A stretch of DNA of 64,000 bases, from sequence record SRR20825006_189, one strand, 5' to 3'. Below the pieces are notes generated by a model. The model had not been told where the DNA came from. It saw only the letters and a list, made by a program, of their open reading frames with translations, and made no database searches. Shown here piece after piece: positions 60,696 to 64,000 of the stretch (positions are counted from its first letter, which is position 1; each line of letters starts with the position of its first letter). The translations under genes were made by a program, and so were the position numbers.

Positions 60696-60774
60696 GTAGT
60701 TTGGCTTGAGAAACGAAGCCCAACAGACATTTTTAATCTCATTTGTTGGGCTTCATCAGTTCAACCCAAGCCAC
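60696..60774. repeat. Degenerate GTAG-type REP doublet (REPIN-like)
   Basis: GTAGTTTGGCTTGAGAAACGAAGCCCAACA, an 18-nt spacer, then TGTTGGGCTTCATCAGTTCAACCCAAGCCAC in inverted orientation. Confidence 0.7.
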
Positions 60775-60799
60775 AAATAATGTGCGAAAAGAAATATAA

Positions 60800-61618
<819 letters not shown>

Positions 61619-61640
61619 ATCTGGCGCGAGCTCTTATCAG

Positions 61641-61669
61641 AAAAAAGGCCGGTTAATCCGGCTTTTTTT
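61641..61669. terminator. Bidirectional terminator
   Basis: AAAAAAGGCCGG-TTAAT-CCGGCTTTTTTT between convergent genes. Confidence 0.85.
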
Positions 61670-61685
61670 GTGTCTTTGGCAATCG

Positions 61686-62258
61686 CTAGTAACTGGCGGC
61701 TTTCTGTTCTGCCTGACGTGAGCCTGCTGCGTCACCGGCGCGCATCCGAATCTTCGCAATCAATTTCCACAGCCGCTGTAATTGTTCGCGGTTACCCTGT
61801 GCCAGAGAAACACCTTTCAAGGAGACCTGCTCGGCAAGGTCAAAATCCTCGAGTTCCATATGGGTCAAAGCCAGGGAGTAATAGACTTCCGGGTCTCGGG
61901 GGGCGATACGCTGTGCCCGCTGCAGACTACCCTGAGCAGAACGGTAGTCACCGGCAACGCGGGACTGTTCGGCATCACTCAGCAGGGCAATCACGGCCGG
62001 ACTTTGTTGAGCCTGAGGCTGCGGAGTTGGTGCCGGGGAGGGACTCGGTGTGGCAGCCGGTCCGGCATCAGGCAGCGGAGTGACTACAGCCGGTTCAGAG
62101 CGTTGTTCCTGTGGTGCAGGCGTCGGTGCTGGTGCTTCACTGCCGCGATCTTCAACCGGTGGTCTTGGTGGTTGAGAAGGCGAAATGCTACAGCCTGCCA
62201 TCACGGCGGTCAGCGTCGCTGTCAGCAGCAAGCGGGGTGTTAATAATCGCATAATCAT
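61686..62258 (-). CDS. TPR lipoprotein, LpoP-like PBP1B activator
   Basis: Lipobox MAGC, Pro-rich linker, TPR (LQRAQRIAP), immediately downstream of PBP1B as in Pseudomonas ponB-lpoP. Confidence 0.75.
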   Translation of the reverse strand: MIMRLLTPRLLLTATLTAVMAGCSISPSQPPRPPVEDRGSEAPAPTPAPQEQRSEPAVVTPLPDAGPAATPSPSPAPTPQPQAQQSPAVIALLSDAEQSRVAGDYRSAQGSLQRAQRIAPRDPEVYYSLALTHMELEDFDLAEQVSLKGVSLAQGNREQLQRLWKLIAKIRMRAGDAAGSRQAEQKAASY

Positions 62259-62261
62259 TCC

Positions 62262-64000
62262 TTACTGAAACCAGTCCTTGATCCAGTCAATCGAGCGGCT
62301 GACAGGGTCATCCTGTTGGCCCGGTTCGATATAACATTCCGCCGTCTGCTGAGGTGCAGTGCCACGGATGAAGGGTAACTGCCGGGCATTTTCACATTGC
62401 GCGGCAGATAAATAGCCATTGTCCGCGTTCACCCACAGCCATTCAATCGTTTCCGGTGTCGGTGCCTGGAAACTATCCAGTGGCTGGCTGGCCATAAATT
62501 GTGTCCAGGCACGCAGGGCACCGCCGGAACCGGTAAATGGTAATGGCGAGTTATCATCCTGTCCCAGCCAGACAACAGCCAGGCGATTATTGCTGAAACC
62601 AGCAAACCAGCTGTCGCGCTGATCATCAGACGTGCCGGTCTTGCCCGCGACATTGAGATGGCCCGGTAAAGTGCGGTAAATGCTGGCGGCAGTACCACGG
62701 TGGGTCACTTGCTGCATGGCCGTCTGTATCAGGTAGATATCTTCTGGATCTACAGTTTGCTTGAGCTGGAATGGATAACTCGACAAGGCATTGCCCTCAC
62801 TGTCTGTAACAGTGCGGATTGCTCTGGCCGGCATCTGGAAGCCGTTGGCAGCGATGGTCTGGTACATGGTCGCCACTTCAAGCGGCGACAGACCCTGGGC
62901 ACCCAGTAGTAGTGAAGGATAAGGATCCAGATCGCGTCTGACGCCCAGCCTGACCAGGGTGTCGATGACATTATCCAGGCCCACGGCCATACCCAGCCGC
63001 GCAGTGGCAATATTATAAGAATGGGTCAGGCCTTCAATCAGCGTGACTTCACTGTGTGATTGCTTGTCAAAATTCTGCGGTTTCCAGGTCTGACCATTGG
63101 GCAGAGACAGCGAATAGGGCGAGTCATCCAGCCGCGTGCTGAGTGTATAACCGTGCTCCAGCGCCGCCAGGTAGACGGCCGGTTTAACCAGCGAGCCGAT
63201 GGGCCGCTTTGAGTCGAGTGCGCGGTTAAAGCCTTTGTAACGGGTATTCCGATCGCCGATGACCGATAGTACTTCACCGGTTTGCGGGTCGGTGACGACC
63301 ATGCTGCCCTGCAGTTTGTCGACCTTCTGATAGCCCTGCTCCAGTTGACTGATGGTTTCTATCAGTGCCTGTTCGGCTTCTTTTTGCACAATCGGATCGA
63401 GACTGGTGAAGACACGCAGACCTTCTGAACTCAGATCCTCGTCCCGGTAATGCCGTCTCAGCTGTCGTTTGACCAGATCCAGAAAGGCCGGGTAGGCCTC
63501 TTTCAGTAAGGTGCCTTTTTTGACCACATCCAAATCAGCAGTGGTTGCCTGCTGATATTGTTCCTGAGTAATTTCTCCCTGCTCATGGAGCACACTCAAA
63601 ACCAGGTTACGTCGCCGCTTGGCCCGTTCCGGGTGACGGCGGGGGTCATAATAGGAGGGGCCCTTGACCATGCCGGCCAGTAAGGCGACTTGGTGTAGTT
63701 TCAGCTCCTGTATCGGCTGACCGAAAAAATAATGCGCACCGAGACCAAAGCCGTGAATGGCACGGGCACCGTCCTGTCCCAGATAGACTTCATTGAGATA
63801 AGCTTCCAGGATCTCGTCTTTACTGTAATGCAGCTCCAGCAGCATCGCCATCGGCATTTCCAGCAGTTTGCGGATCAGCGTGCGGTCAGAAGTCAGATAG
63901 AAGTTTTTAATCAGTTGCTGGGTCAGCGTACTGCCACCCTGAACAAAAGCACCAGCCTTGATATTGGCGAGCATGGCACGGGCAATGCCTTTGGGGGAAA
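62262..64000 (-). CDS. mrcB: Penicillin-binding protein 1B (5' end outside the window)
   Basis: QGGSTLTQQL, LEAYLNEVYLGQ, transpeptidase SLVK, SYN, KTG; frame stays open to the window edge. Confidence 0.95.
   Translation of the reverse strand, partial: SPKGIARAMLANIKAGAFVQGGSTLTQQLIKNFYLTSDRTLIRKLLEMPMAMLLELHYSKDEILEAYLNEVYLGQDGARAIHGFGLGAHYFFGQPIQELKLHQVALLAGMVKGPSYYDPRRHPERAKRRRNLVLSVLHEQGEITQEQYQQATTADLDVVKKGTLLKEAYPAFLDLVKRQLRRHYRDEDLSSEGLRVFTSLDPIVQKEAEQALIETISQLEQGYQKVDKLQGSMVVTDPQTGEVLSVIGDRNTRYKGFNRALDSKRPIGSLVKPAVYLAALEHGYTLSTRLDDSPYSLSLPNGQTWKPQNFDKQSHSEVTLIEGLTHSYNIATARLGMAVGLDNVIDTLVRLGVRRDLDPYPSLLLGAQGLSPLEVATMYQTIAANGFQMPARAIRTVTDSEGNALSSYPFQLKQTVDPEDIYLIQTAMQQVTHRGTAASIYRTLPGHLNVAGKTGTSDDQRDSWFAGFSNNRLAVVWLGQDDNSPLPFTGSGGALRAWTQFMASQPLDSFQAPTPETIEWLWVNADNGYLSAAQCENARQLPFIRGTAPQQTAECYIEPGQQDDPVSRSIDWIKDWFQ

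Noticed and set aside
56976-60742. Long antisense ORFs over grpE/dnaK/dnaJ (e.g. 57463-58248, 59691-60596)
   Set aside because: Well-known shadow ORFs caused by codon bias in highly expressed chaperone genes; no independent motifs.

Overview
About 64 kb of a gammaproteobacterial methylotroph chromosome. A Methylophaga-like genome is inferred from gene content and synteny, not from a search. Most of the window is core genes: hemN/LOG/purD/tsaC/hemF; prfA-hemA divergent from TPR-lolB-ispE-tRNA-Gln-prs-rplY-pth-ychF; pldA, tRNA-Met, glnK-amtB; trmL, mltD, pyrD, gloB, rnhA, dnaQ; grpE-dnaK-dnaJ-dapB; lpoP-mrcB. It also holds a complete Ca2+-dependent methanol dehydrogenase cluster (mxaFJGIRSACKL, an MxaB-type regulator plus kinase, mxaD, mxaE). 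Accessory parts are a two-component/autotransporter/hydrolase module next to tRNA-Leu, a c-di-GMP pair, a six-gene block splitting mltD from gloB, and three small non-autonomous repeat elements. The best candidate for an undescribed system is at 13072-14062. There a small ORF with a signal-peptide-like N-terminus and a C-proximal IRAPP motif lies directly upstream of a CBS-domain gene. The codons for the motif can pair (11/12 bp) with the sequence just before the CBS gene's ribosome-binding site, which is the architecture of SecM/ApdP-type ribosome-arrest leaders. No CRISPR array, prophage, integrase or transposase was seen. All protein calls come from motif recognition and synteny; no database searches were run.
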